Made by a program: the position numbers and the translations under genes
Part shown: positions 1 through 6,616 of the stretch, piece after piece
Layout of the letters: each line of letters begins with the position of its first letter
Numbering within the stretch: the stretch's first letter is position 1
Notes under the pieces: model-generated
Told to the model about the DNA's origin: nothing
Databases searched by the model: none
The model's input: the letters and a program-made list of their open reading frames with translations, nothing else
From: Candidatus Woesearchaeota archaeon
GTDB taxonomy: Archaea > Nanobdellota > Nanobdellia > SCGC-AAA011-G17 > JACPIM01
Assembly: GCA_964513145.1 (NCBI GenBank)
Contig: CAZELK010000010.1
Span: 14,622 to 27,617, forward strand
Reading direction: 5' to 3'
Length of the DNA: 12,996 bases

Positions 1-34
1 AAATGACTTAATACAAAAAAGACATTTGACTTAA

Positions 35-445
35 ATGAAACAAGAAAAACACTTGGAAATAATAAATGAAGTTCTTGATGAAATAGATTCTTCTTTGAAA
101 GACGTGAGAGGGTTATTATATCATCAGAGAAGACTAGCTTTTTTATTATCCTTGGGAGCACAAAATATTCTCGAATTATTTTTACATAAACATGATTTAA
201 TAAAAGAAGGCTCAAAAATAGATCATAGATGGTTTAAAAAGAATAATGAAAATATAAAAGAGCAATTACAAAAGCAGGTAACTTCACCATTAGATTCTAT
301 AGAAAACATAACTAAATTAATTGATATTACCTCCAAATTAGAGGAGAAAAGAGATGACTTAGCTTATGGAGCACCAGCTACGGATAAACTGCTTCAAGAA
401 AAGATAAATTTATTCTTTGATTTAAAGAAATTAGCAAAATGTTAA
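35..445 (+). CDS. HEPN-like helical protein, putative toxin of a HEPN/MNT pair
   Basis: 136 aa. Has a mid-protein His (IDHRWF) and a C-terminal R-x4-Y-G (KRDDLAYG), the same two-part signature as the other two HEPN genes here. Overlaps the downstream MNT gene by 7 nt (ATGTTAA, 439-445). Confidence 0.65.
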   Translation: MKQEKHLEIINEVLDEIDSSLKDVRGLLYHQRRLAFLLSLGAQNILELFLHKHDLIKEGSKIDHRWFKKNNENIKEQLQKQVTSPLDSIENITKLIDITSKLEEKRDDLAYGAPATDKLLQEKINLFFDLKKLAKC

Positions 446-1038
446 AATCATACGCAAGTTATTTTGTATCATATCTTTTAAATAATTTAAAAAATATCAA
501 TAATATTGAAAGAGTAGTACTATTTGGTTCAGTTGCCAGAGATGATGCAACAAAAGACAGTGACATTGATCTATTTGTAGAAAGTAAAAAGGAGTCAGTC
601 AAATTTAAAGATGAAATAAATAAAATTGAAAAAAATTTCTACCATAGCAGAGAAGCTCTTTTATTTAAAGTGAATGGTATTGAAAATAAAATTAATATTA
701 AAATAGGAGTGCTTAAAGATTGGAAAGATCTATACAAAAGTATTGCATCAACAGGAATAATCTTGTATGGTCCTTATGAAGCTAAAGAACTGCCAAAAGA
801 AGTAAATCACAAAATTATTATTTATTGGGATAAAATAGAGAAAAATAGGGGATCTTTCCTGAATAAGATATATGGTTTTAGATTAAAGGAAAAACAATAC
901 GCAGGTTTATTATTAAAATTTAATGGAAAAAGAATAGGCAAGAGCTGCATAATTATTCCCTCAATTTATAAGGAAGATATATTAAAACTTTTAAAGGAAC
1001 ATAAAGTACATGGGAAAACCATAGATGTTTTTATTTAG
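439..1038 (+). CDS. Minimal nucleotidyltransferase (MNT, Pol-beta superfamily) with an extra ~80-aa C-terminal domain; putative antitoxin
   Basis: LFGSVARDDATKDSDIDLFV matches GS-x10-DxD. The C-terminal extension (KIIIYW...NKIYG...GLL...GKRIGKSCIIIP) is not part of MNT. Confidence 0.9.
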   Translation: MLKSYASYFVSYLLNNLKNINNIERVVLFGSVARDDATKDSDIDLFVESKKESVKFKDEINKIEKNFYHSREALLFKVNGIENKINIKIGVLKDWKDLYKSIASTGIILYGPYEAKELPKEVNHKIIIYWDKIEKNRGSFLNKIYGFRLKEKQYAGLLLKFNGKRIGKSCIIIPSIYKEDILKLLKEHKVHGKTIDVFI

Positions 1039-1071
1039 GACAAAATTATATGGTTCTTTGATTATATAGTC

Positions 1072-1094
1072 TAAATATTTTTTTGGTTGCTAAA
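1072..1094 (+). repeat. Direct repeat copy 1, TAAATATTTTTTTGGTTGCTAAA
   Basis: Identical to 2945-2966 except for one extra T in the T run. Confidence 0.8.
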
Positions 1095-1197
1095 GAAACC
1101 ACATATTGATGAACTGAAAGAACTTATTGAAAAAGGAATTGAAATTGTTAAAAGGTTCTAAAACAAATGACTGGACTCCATAGGTGTTTTTATTTAA

Positions 1198-1614
1198 TCA
1201 ATAAATATTGAACTTTTGTGATAACTCACTTGTTCCCCATATTTTTATTTTATTTTGTTTTTGAAAATGAGTATCATCTGACCAAATATCAGAATTAGTT
1301 GCAAGTGCAGCAGCTATAAAAAGTGCATCATCTTTATCAATTCTATCCATTATTTTCTTTGCCTCTTCTATTTTAGATAAAATTAGTTCTTCTTTAATAT
1401 TTACTATATTCTCTTTTATTTTTGACAAAACTAAATTAAATTGCTCTTCGTTTAAATTTGTTTTCTTAATTAATTCTTCTTTATGTTCTTCTATTTCCTT
1501 ATTTGCAAAATCTATTGACATTAGTTCTGCTTCTGCGTGGTTAATTATTTTTCTTGAAATAGAATTCCTTATTAAGGCAGCGATAATTCTATTTGTATTA
1601 ACTATTAATCTCAT
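1198..1614 (-). CDS. vapC: PIN-domain (VapC-like, PIN_2-type) toxin; first catalytic Asp replaced by Asn
   Basis: MRLIVNTNRIIAAL...E40...DKDD96ALFIAAAL...IWSDD114 is the PIN motif layout. ATGA overlap (1611-1614) with the upstream antitoxin. Confidence 0.9.
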   Translation of the reverse strand: MRLIVNTNRIIAALIRNSISRKIINHAEAELMSIDFANKEIEEHKEELIKKTNLNEEQFNLVLSKIKENIVNIKEELILSKIEEAKKIMDRIDKDDALFIAAALATNSDIWSDDTHFQKQNKIKIWGTSELSQKFNIY

Positions 1615-1832
1615 TTAAGAAGCCTTTTTCTTATATTGCTTTTAATTTTATGCCCTATTTTTTCAGCATCTTCTTCAGTTAGCTCGCTTTCATTTAATAG
1701 GATATCTATCCAATGCAATTCTTTGAGCTTTTTATCGAAAGCTTGCCTAGCTATTTCGCTCCATTTAATTTCCGGGTGCTGATTTAATTCTTTATGCATC
1801 TTATCCGGCAATGCTAATGTCATATTTGGCAT
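1611..1832 (-). CDS. Ribbon-helix-helix (CopG/VapB-like) antitoxin, 73 aa
   Basis: MPNMTLALPDKMHKEL...IKWSEIARQAF fits a strand-helix-helix RHH pattern. I prefer the ATG at 1832 to the GTG at 1853 because a TATA box lies 22 nt upstream of it. Confidence 0.8.
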   Translation of the reverse strand: MPNMTLALPDKMHKELNQHPEIKWSEIARQAFDKKLKELHWIDILLNESELTEEDAEKIGHKIKSNIRKRLLK

Positions 1833-1840
1833 AAAATTAT

Positions 1841-1862
1841 TATGTGTGTTCACATATTTAAA
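1841..1862 (-). promoter_or_regulatory. TATA box (TTTAAATA, 1862-1855) plus inverted repeat TATGTG-N4-CACATA (1841-1856), likely an autoregulatory operator
   Basis: Perfect 6-bp inverted repeat between the TATA box and the ATG of an RHH gene. Confidence 0.65.
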
Positions 1863-1872
1863 TATTTTGATT

Positions 1873-2346
1873 CTATTTATTTTTAGTTAAATTTTCTCTT
1901 ATTAGTTTTATCTGCTTTTCAGTAATCCCAGCCAGTATATCTTTCGTTTTTATGTAAAAATCTTTACAATACTTTTTTGTTTCCTCTATTACCAAACTAT
2001 CAACAGGCCTATCTGCATAATATTGCAGATCTATCCTTGCCTTAAATGCACCTTGGATCATTTTATTATCTTTCATATCATAAAATTCTTTTAGAAATTG
2101 TTTCATAAATTCCAAAGAGCAAGAATGAATTCCTGATTTAATTCCTATTCTAAGCATTAATGCATACAAAGAATAATAAAAAATGTAATAAGTTAAAGAT
2201 GCAGCCCATATATTTGATTCTTCTATTTTATTTAAAACGTTTATAGATTCTTCAGCCATTTTTATATAGGAATCACAAACATTGCTATTCGGCTCTATTA
2301 ATTCCAAACCATCTTTTTTGTTTAAACACCATTTAATTGTAACCAT
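1873..2346 (-). CDS. HEPN-domain protein (R-x4-Y type, COG1895/UPF0332-like), putative toxin
   Basis: Motifs AEES, YYIFYYSLYAL, GIHSC and ARIDLQYY. Overlaps the upstream MNT by 14 nt. SD-like GGGGT lies 7 nt before the ATG. Clear paralog of 8842-9318. Confidence 0.85.
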   Translation of the reverse strand: MVTIKWCLNKKDGLELIEPNSNVCDSYIKMAEESINVLNKIEESNIWAASLTYYIFYYSLYALMLRIGIKSGIHSCSLEFMKQFLKEFYDMKDNKMIQGAFKARIDLQYYADRPVDSLVIEETKKYCKDFYIKTKDILAGITEKQIKLIRENLTKNK

Positions 2347-2914
2347 AATAATTACCCCAAATAAGTTTTATAAAATCTTCAATCCCAAACAAGAGCACAT
2401 GATTCTTTATTATCTCTTTTACCAGATTATTTTTATTCTTCATGAGCTCTATAAATTCTCTTTCTGTATAATACTTTATACTTATATTTAAATCCAAAGC
2501 AGCTCCCAACTTATTATAGTCATCTTTTAACCGATTGCCTATAATAAAAATGTCAATATCCGAATCTTTTTTTTGGGCTCCTTTTGCATAGCTACCAAAT
2601 ATACCAACAACCCGAGTATCTATTTTAAATAAATTCGCTATTTTTCTTTGTTTTTTAAAAAAGTTAATTTTCTTTAAAGTTTCTAATACAAAGATTATAT
2701 CTTTTATTTCAGTATTTTCAATATTTAACCTGTAATACTTAATACTACCACTTTTTCTTGACCTTAGAATGCCCTCTTTTTCTAGTTCCCCCAATGTTAA
2801 GGATATATTTTTCTGGCTTAAATCAGTTTTAGCTATAATTTCCCGCCCATAAATCTCTTTTTTATAGTCCTCAAGAAACTGGCTTAAAATCTCATAAACT
2901 TTATTATGTAACAT
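2333..2914 (-). CDS. Winged-HTH + MNT fusion, putative antitoxin and repressor
   Basis: N-terminal wHTH (IYGREII...LGELEKEGIL...KYYRLN), then IFGSYAKGAQKKDSDIDIFII (GS-x10-DxD). Confidence 0.9.
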   Translation of the reverse strand: MLHNKVYEILSQFLEDYKKEIYGREIIAKTDLSQKNISLTLGELEKEGILRSRKSGSIKYYRLNIENTEIKDIIFVLETLKKINFFKKQRKIANLFKIDTRVVGIFGSYAKGAQKKDSDIDIFIIGNRLKDDYNKLGAALDLNISIKYYTEREFIELMKNKNNLVKEIIKNHVLLFGIEDFIKLIWGNYYGYN

Positions 2915-2948
2915 TTTACTCAGTTAAGTAATATTTTACTTATTTAAA
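2915..2948 (-). promoter_or_regulatory. Promoter of the wHTH-MNT/HEPN operon: TTTAAATA (2948-2941) and a candidate operator
   Basis: TATA box 26 nt from the ATG. Inverted repeat TTACT-N6-AGTAA (2916-2931) and direct repeat ATTTTACT (2913-2920, 2933-2940). Confidence 0.5.
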
Positions 2949-2966
2949 TATTTTTTGGTTGCTAAA
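2945..2966 (+). repeat. Direct repeat copy 2, TAAATATTTTTTGGTTGCTAAA
   Basis: Matches 1072-1094; overlaps the TATA/BRE region of the 2914 gene. Confidence 0.8.
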
Positions 2967-2972
2967 AAGAAT

Positions 2973-2980
2973 TTTAAATA
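2973..2980 (+). promoter_or_regulatory. TATA box TTTAAATA of the membrane-protein gene
   Basis: Ends 21 nt before the ATG at 3002. Confidence 0.5.
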
Positions 2981-3001
2981 GCAATGTTATTTAATTATTA
3001 C

Positions 3002-3973
3002 ATGAAAAGGGGTTTTATTTTATTGTTTATTAGCTTGATCAGCTTAATTAATGTCAATGGACAGAATATAACTATTGCAGGTCAGGACATATCAATTATA
3101 GTTCTTGTACCATTAATTTTAATAATTCTTGTGTTAATTATATTCGCCACGACCTTTATTATGGATACAAAGACTTATTCTTTAAAGACCCCAAAAATAG
3201 AAAAACCTGCTGGAGATAAAATACTGGAGATAAAAACAGAACAACCAAAGAGACAAATTATCTGGGTAAATTATCTTGATGTTATTGATACTTTTGTCAA
3301 AAGACTAGAAGAAAAAGACCCGAAAGATGCATTTAATACAATCATAAGAATTATAAGGGAATTTTTTAAAGAAAGATTTAATTTAGAGTATGAGTTTACT
3401 TATGATGAGCTGCAAGAAGAACTTAAAAAAAGAAATTTTGAAAATATTGAATTTATTAAGCATTTAATAGACTTAACTTACAAAGACAACCAAATATCTA
3501 AAAAAGATATTTATTATTTATCAGATAAATTTAGAGACTTAATTAAAATAATTGACAGAAACAGACTGGAAGAGTCAAAATTAAATCAAATAAATAAAAA
3601 TATAAGGTTTGACAAGGCAAGAAAAATGCTACTCAATATACATAATAAAGAGAATAATATTGACAATAAATTAAACAAATTTTTAAATGATGAGACCAAG
3701 AAAATATTCCAGCATGCCAAGAAAAGCGATGTAAAAAAAGACTTTGATGATTTTGACAGGGACAAGCTTGAACAAATCAACTTTTTAATAATAAATGGCA
3801 GAAAAAGCCTGTATAAAAATGATTTAGATAATCTAAAGGAAATTTACGGTGATTTATGCTATTTATTCCCTTTTTTATCAGACAAGAGCAAAAAAACCGC
3901 TTATTTAGAAATCTTGGAATTTTATGAAGAAATTAATAAAAAATTATTTCCAGAATTGTTTAAGAAAAATTGA
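3002..3973 (+). CDS. Membrane-anchored protein of unknown function (signal peptide or TM, second TM, charged helical remainder)
   Basis: MKRGFILLFISLISLINVNG and ISIIVLVPLILIILVLIIFATTFI are hydrophobic segments, followed by a long K/E-rich helical region. Start moved from 2984 to 3002 on TATA spacing. Confidence 0.75.
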   Translation: MKRGFILLFISLISLINVNGQNITIAGQDISIIVLVPLILIILVLIIFATTFIMDTKTYSLKTPKIEKPAGDKILEIKTEQPKRQIIWVNYLDVIDTFVKRLEEKDPKDAFNTIIRIIREFFKERFNLEYEFTYDELQEELKKRNFENIEFIKHLIDLTYKDNQISKKDIYYLSDKFRDLIKIIDRNRLEESKLNQINKNIRFDKARKMLLNIHNKENNIDNKLNKFLNDETKKIFQHAKKSDVKKDFDDFDRDKLEQINFLIINGRKSLYKNDLDNLKEIYGDLCYLFPFLSDKSKKTAYLEILEFYEEINKKLFPELFKKN

Positions 3974-3975
3974 TT

Positions 3976-4087
3976 CTGTAATTCAATTACTATTTTTTTC
4001 TTTCGACATGACTATGACTTTTTCATCTGGTTTTAATTTTAAATTATCTGCGATTTCTTTTGGGAATGGATATTCTATATTCTGCAT
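3976..4087 (-). pseudogene. Decayed copy of the zinc-ribbon-AbrB gene (9536-9874)
   Basis: 4087-4066 matches 9874-9853 and 4065-4010 matches 9630-9575, so there is a 222-nt in-frame deletion. A net 5-nt deletion near 4001-4009 shifts the frame, and TAG became CAG. Residual 34-aa ORF is MQNIEYPFPKEIADNLKLKPDEKVIVMSKEKNSN. Confidence 0.9.
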
Positions 4088-4096
4088 TTTTACCCC

Positions 4097-4301
4097 CTAA
4101 TCAATAACAGTTATTGGATAGATTTTTCTTATTTCATTTAATTTAAATTCTCTATAAATTACCCTAAAACATCGAAATTCTGCTACAATTGAATTATCTT
4201 TTCTTAAAGTTTTGGCACCTTTTTGTACTGCTTCTTTAATATTATCTTTAGTTATTCCCCGCAATCGCATTCTATCAAAAATGTGTTCAGATCTGTTTTC
4301 T
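4097..4301 (-). pseudogene. 5'-truncated copy of the DUF4258-like gene (9884-10144)
   Basis: Collinear with 9884-10088 (offset 5787) with 4 substitutions, including W to C. The first 56 nt and the promoter are missing, and there is an in-frame TAA three codons upstream of the breakpoint. Confidence 0.9.
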
Positions 4302-4341
4302 TTATTTTAAAGTTTAATAAGTTTTCTGGAAAAAATAAATC

Positions 4342-4381
4342 TCCCCGCTGGCAGAACAGAACAAAAGTGTTCGGATCCCTA
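4342..4381. repeat. GC-rich non-coding element, copy 1 (TCCCCGCTGGCAGAACAGAACAAAAGTGTTCGGATCCCTA)
   Basis: 28/31 nt identical to 8135-8165, then a shared CCCTA. Contains the stem GAACA-N4-TGTTC. Confidence 0.85.
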
Positions 4382-4397
4382 AGCTTATTTGTAGTTG

Positions 4398-4619
4398 TTA
4401 ATTCTTGAAATATTGAAAATAAATAGTCATTCCTGATAGGAATATAGTAGCTATTGCTAAAAACCAAGTGGCCCAGACTAATTTTTTGTTTGTTTCTATT
4501 GTTTGATAAACCCACCAAGCATCAACAATTCTTCTTTCTGCCTCTAAAGTTTTACTTGATTCAAGGGAAGTATCATACGCCTCTTTTTTGAATTTTTTGT
4601 AAAACTTTGGGAATTTCAT
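4398..4619 (-). CDS. Small membrane protein, one C-terminal TM helix, 73 aa
   Basis: LVWATWFLAIATIFLSGMTIYF is a hydrophobic segment; codon usage resembles the neighbouring genes. Confidence 0.7.
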   Translation of the reverse strand: MKFPKFYKKFKKEAYDTSLESSKTLEAERRIVDAWWVYQTIETNKKLVWATWFLAIATIFLSGMTIYFQYFKN

Positions 4620-4626
4620 TTTCTTT

Positions 4627-4725
4627 TTACTCTTTATGTCTTGAATATAATCTATCCATAAATTCCTTAACTTCTTTTTTAATTGGTCTGTTCAGCTTAG
4701 AAAACACTTTCTCTGCTTCTTTCAT
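4627..4725 (-). CDS. Small 32-aa ORF MKEAEKVFSKLNRPIKKEVKEFMDRLYSRHKE (below the ORF-track cutoff)
   Basis: Fills the 4620-4737 gap with 12-nt and 7-nt spacers on the same strand as both neighbours. K/E-rich like real genes in this window. Confidence 0.4.
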   Translation of the reverse strand: MKEAEKVFSKLNRPIKKEVKEFMDRLYSRHKE

Positions 4726-4737
4726 TAGTTTGTGTTA

Positions 4738-5607
4738 TTATTTAAAAAATTTTTTAATCCATTTTTCATGTCTATTAGAAATTGATTTAAAGTATTCCAA
4801 TTCTTTTTTTGTTGCCCAAGGATGATGAAACAAAGGATCAGTGAATTTATTAACCCAAAATGAAAAATCATTATAATTTGTTATATTCCATTCAGAAACA
4901 AATCTAGATAAATAAATTTTTTGCATATCATCTTTATGAAGAATTTGTTCTCTTTCTAATCTCTTAAAAAGATTATCATATTTTACACCTATTCCAAGTA
5001 AACTCCCATCAAAATTGCTCATAGAAAATCTACTCTCAGAAAATTTATCCGTAATCCCTAGGATTAAATTTTCTATTTCTCTAAAAGCATTATATAAAAT
5101 CTCTTTTGGTAAATTCATATTGTTAAATAAATTTACATAGTCATTTTTTTTCCAATCATAATAATATTTTAATGTTGAACTAAAAGCCTCACTTTTAGCT
5201 TCTTCTTCTATTCCTAATTTTTTTAATTCTTTAGCTTTTTGAAGACCATATTGTTCTAAAAAATCCCATTTTGTAAATCTCATAAAAAATGGTGGGGGGT
5301 CATCTGTTAAAGAATCGTCAGTAAATTTTTTATATTCTTCTTTTATCATTTCTTTTATAATTATTTCAGCATGATCAAAACCCCTAGCTGCCTCTTCCAA
5401 TTCTGAATAATCTGGACAAAATTCAGCTGGTAAACCAATTCCGGAAATTCTTTCTTTTAATTCTTGTTCTAAGTTTTTTAGATTTTTATTATCTTTTCCT
5501 TCATTTGCTATTATGTAAGCAGCCTTACTACCTATATAATACTGAGATTTTAATTCTTTAATAGTTTCTAATTTATCTTTTAATTGTTTTTTTCTTGATT
5601 CTTCCAT
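4738..5607 (-). CDS. Hypothetical protein, 289 aa, no family recognised
   Basis: Long ORF in AT-rich DNA. The ATG at 5607 follows the upstream TAA by 1 nt; the alternative start is 5625. Confidence 0.75.
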   Translation of the reverse strand: MEESRKKQLKDKLETIKELKSQYYIGSKAAYIIANEGKDNKNLKNLEQELKERISGIGLPAEFCPDYSELEEAARGFDHAEIIIKEMIKEEYKKFTDDSLTDDPPPFFMRFTKWDFLEQYGLQKAKELKKLGIEEEAKSEAFSSTLKYYYDWKKNDYVNLFNNMNLPKEILYNAFREIENLILGITDKFSESRFSMSNFDGSLLGIGVKYDNLFKRLEREQILHKDDMQKIYLSRFVSEWNITNYNDFSFWVNKFTDPLFHHPWATKKELEYFKSISNRHEKWIKKFFK

Positions 5608-5608
5608 A

Positions 5609-6484
5609 TTATTTATGTGCTGCAATTCTTTTGCATTTTTCTTTAATTTCTATTTTTTTAAAAAAATCAGGTAAATTTTCAGATAATCTCTCTATTTCAG
5701 GTAGGATATATAGTCCAAAATCTGTTTTTATAAAATCTTTTTCAAGTAACATATCTATTAATTTAGGTAATCTTTGATCTTCTTTAAACCAGTTCGCAGT
5801 TTCTATTGCAGATCGTGTTCTTCTGTAGTCTTCACTAAGAAGATCAATTGATATATCTTTAAATATCATTTCATCAATTTCATCTTGAGATTTTGTTGAT
5901 GCAATCTCTAAAACTGATACTGCTTCTAATGGATTCAGTCTATAAATAGTCTCCTTGCCTTCAAAAAAATGATGATCAGAAATTAAATGTGGAAGTAAAC
6001 TAGAAAATTCAATTCCTCTATTTTTACGAATATTTTTTATATGTATATCTGCTGAACCATATCCACAACTTTTTGAATCAGTCCCTGGTTTAAATGGACA
6101 ATCCTGATACCCTTTATAGATAGTTGCAGAAACTTCTAAAAAATCATCAACTAAAACCTCCTTATAAGGTCTTGCTAAGCCAATGTTTTTAGATCTTATA
6201 CTCCCTACATATTCATCTATTAAATAATTTAATTTATTACCAATTTGATCATGAGTTACGCCCAATTTTTTTAATGTTTCTGTATCTTCCTTAATTATTT
6301 CAATTAAACTTTCTTTTGGTCCTAAAAAACCGCTTTCTGAGATACCAATATTTTCCGAAGCATTGGGGTTTAAAAGTGCAGAAAGTCTATCAAATATACC
6401 TTTTGGTCTCATTCTTCTTTCTATAATTTTTAATTTTTCTGAATTTAATTCTTCAATAAAGACTCTTTTTGATTCTATTTCCAT
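5609..6484 (-). CDS. Uncharacterised protein with a possible Cys/His metal site and a HEAT-like C-terminus
   Basis: 291 aa. Motif-like blocks RMRP, SGFLG..ESL, LGVTH.QI, QDCPF and PHLISDHHFFEG..YRLNP. TATA box 19-21 nt upstream. Confidence 0.8.
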   Translation of the reverse strand: MEIESKRVFIEELNSEKLKIIERRMRPKGIFDRLSALLNPNASENIGISESGFLGPKESLIEIIKEDTETLKKLGVTHDQIGNKLNYLIDEYVGSIRSKNIGLARPYKEVLVDDFLEVSATIYKGYQDCPFKPGTDSKSCGYGSADIHIKNIRKNRGIEFSSLLPHLISDHHFFEGKETIYRLNPLEAVSVLEIASTKSQDEIDEMIFKDISIDLLSEDYRRTRSAIETANWFKEDQRLPKLIDMLLEKDFIKTDFGLYILPEIERLSENLPDFFKKIEIKEKCKRIAAHK

Positions 6485-6503
6485 AATTTAATAAAATTAT
6501 ATC

Positions 6504-6513
6504 TATTTATATA
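6504..6513 (-). promoter_or_regulatory. TATA box (TATATAAATA on the minus strand) of the leftward operon
   Basis: 19-21 nt before the ATG at 6484, the same spacing as the other first genes. Confidence 0.5.
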
Positions 6514-6575
6514 TCTTCCTATTTTAACTACTTATAAGAAATAACATATTATAATATTATTGCGTTCCAATTTAA

Positions 6576-6615
6576 AGAACACAAAGTATATAAATATGTT
6601 CTTATTTCTAGAACA
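6576..6615 (+). promoter_or_regulatory. ATPase promoter: TATATAAATA (6587-6596), inverted repeat TGTTCT-N7-AGAACA (6597-6615) and a third half-site AGAACA (6576-6581)
   Basis: Perfect 6-bp inverted repeat filling the space between the TATA box and the ATG at 6617. Confidence 0.55.
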
Positions 6616-6616
6616 C

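Noticed and set aside
4367-4381. GTGTTCGGATCCCTA resembles a tRNA T-arm (possible att site)
   Set aside because: There is no acceptor, D or anticodon arm, and copy 2 (GTGTTCAGCCCCTA) lacks the T-loop consensus.
4252-4518. 88-aa minus-strand ORF ending in CDCGE
   Set aside because: It is stitched from an alternate frame of the 73-aa gene, the GC-rich repeat and an alternate frame of the pseudogene; the Cys pattern is incidental.
4627-4740. 32-aa ORF as a read-through C-terminus of the 289-aa gene (same frame)
   Set aside because: Two consecutive TAA codons (4740-4735) separate them, so a single nonsense mutation or recoding is unlikely.
6560-6616. Longer upstream starts from the ORF track (also 1853, 2984, 5625, 8830)
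   Set aside because: The extensions run through TATA or operator sequence or overlap the upstream gene; the downstream ATGs fit promoter spacing, coupling or SD signals better.
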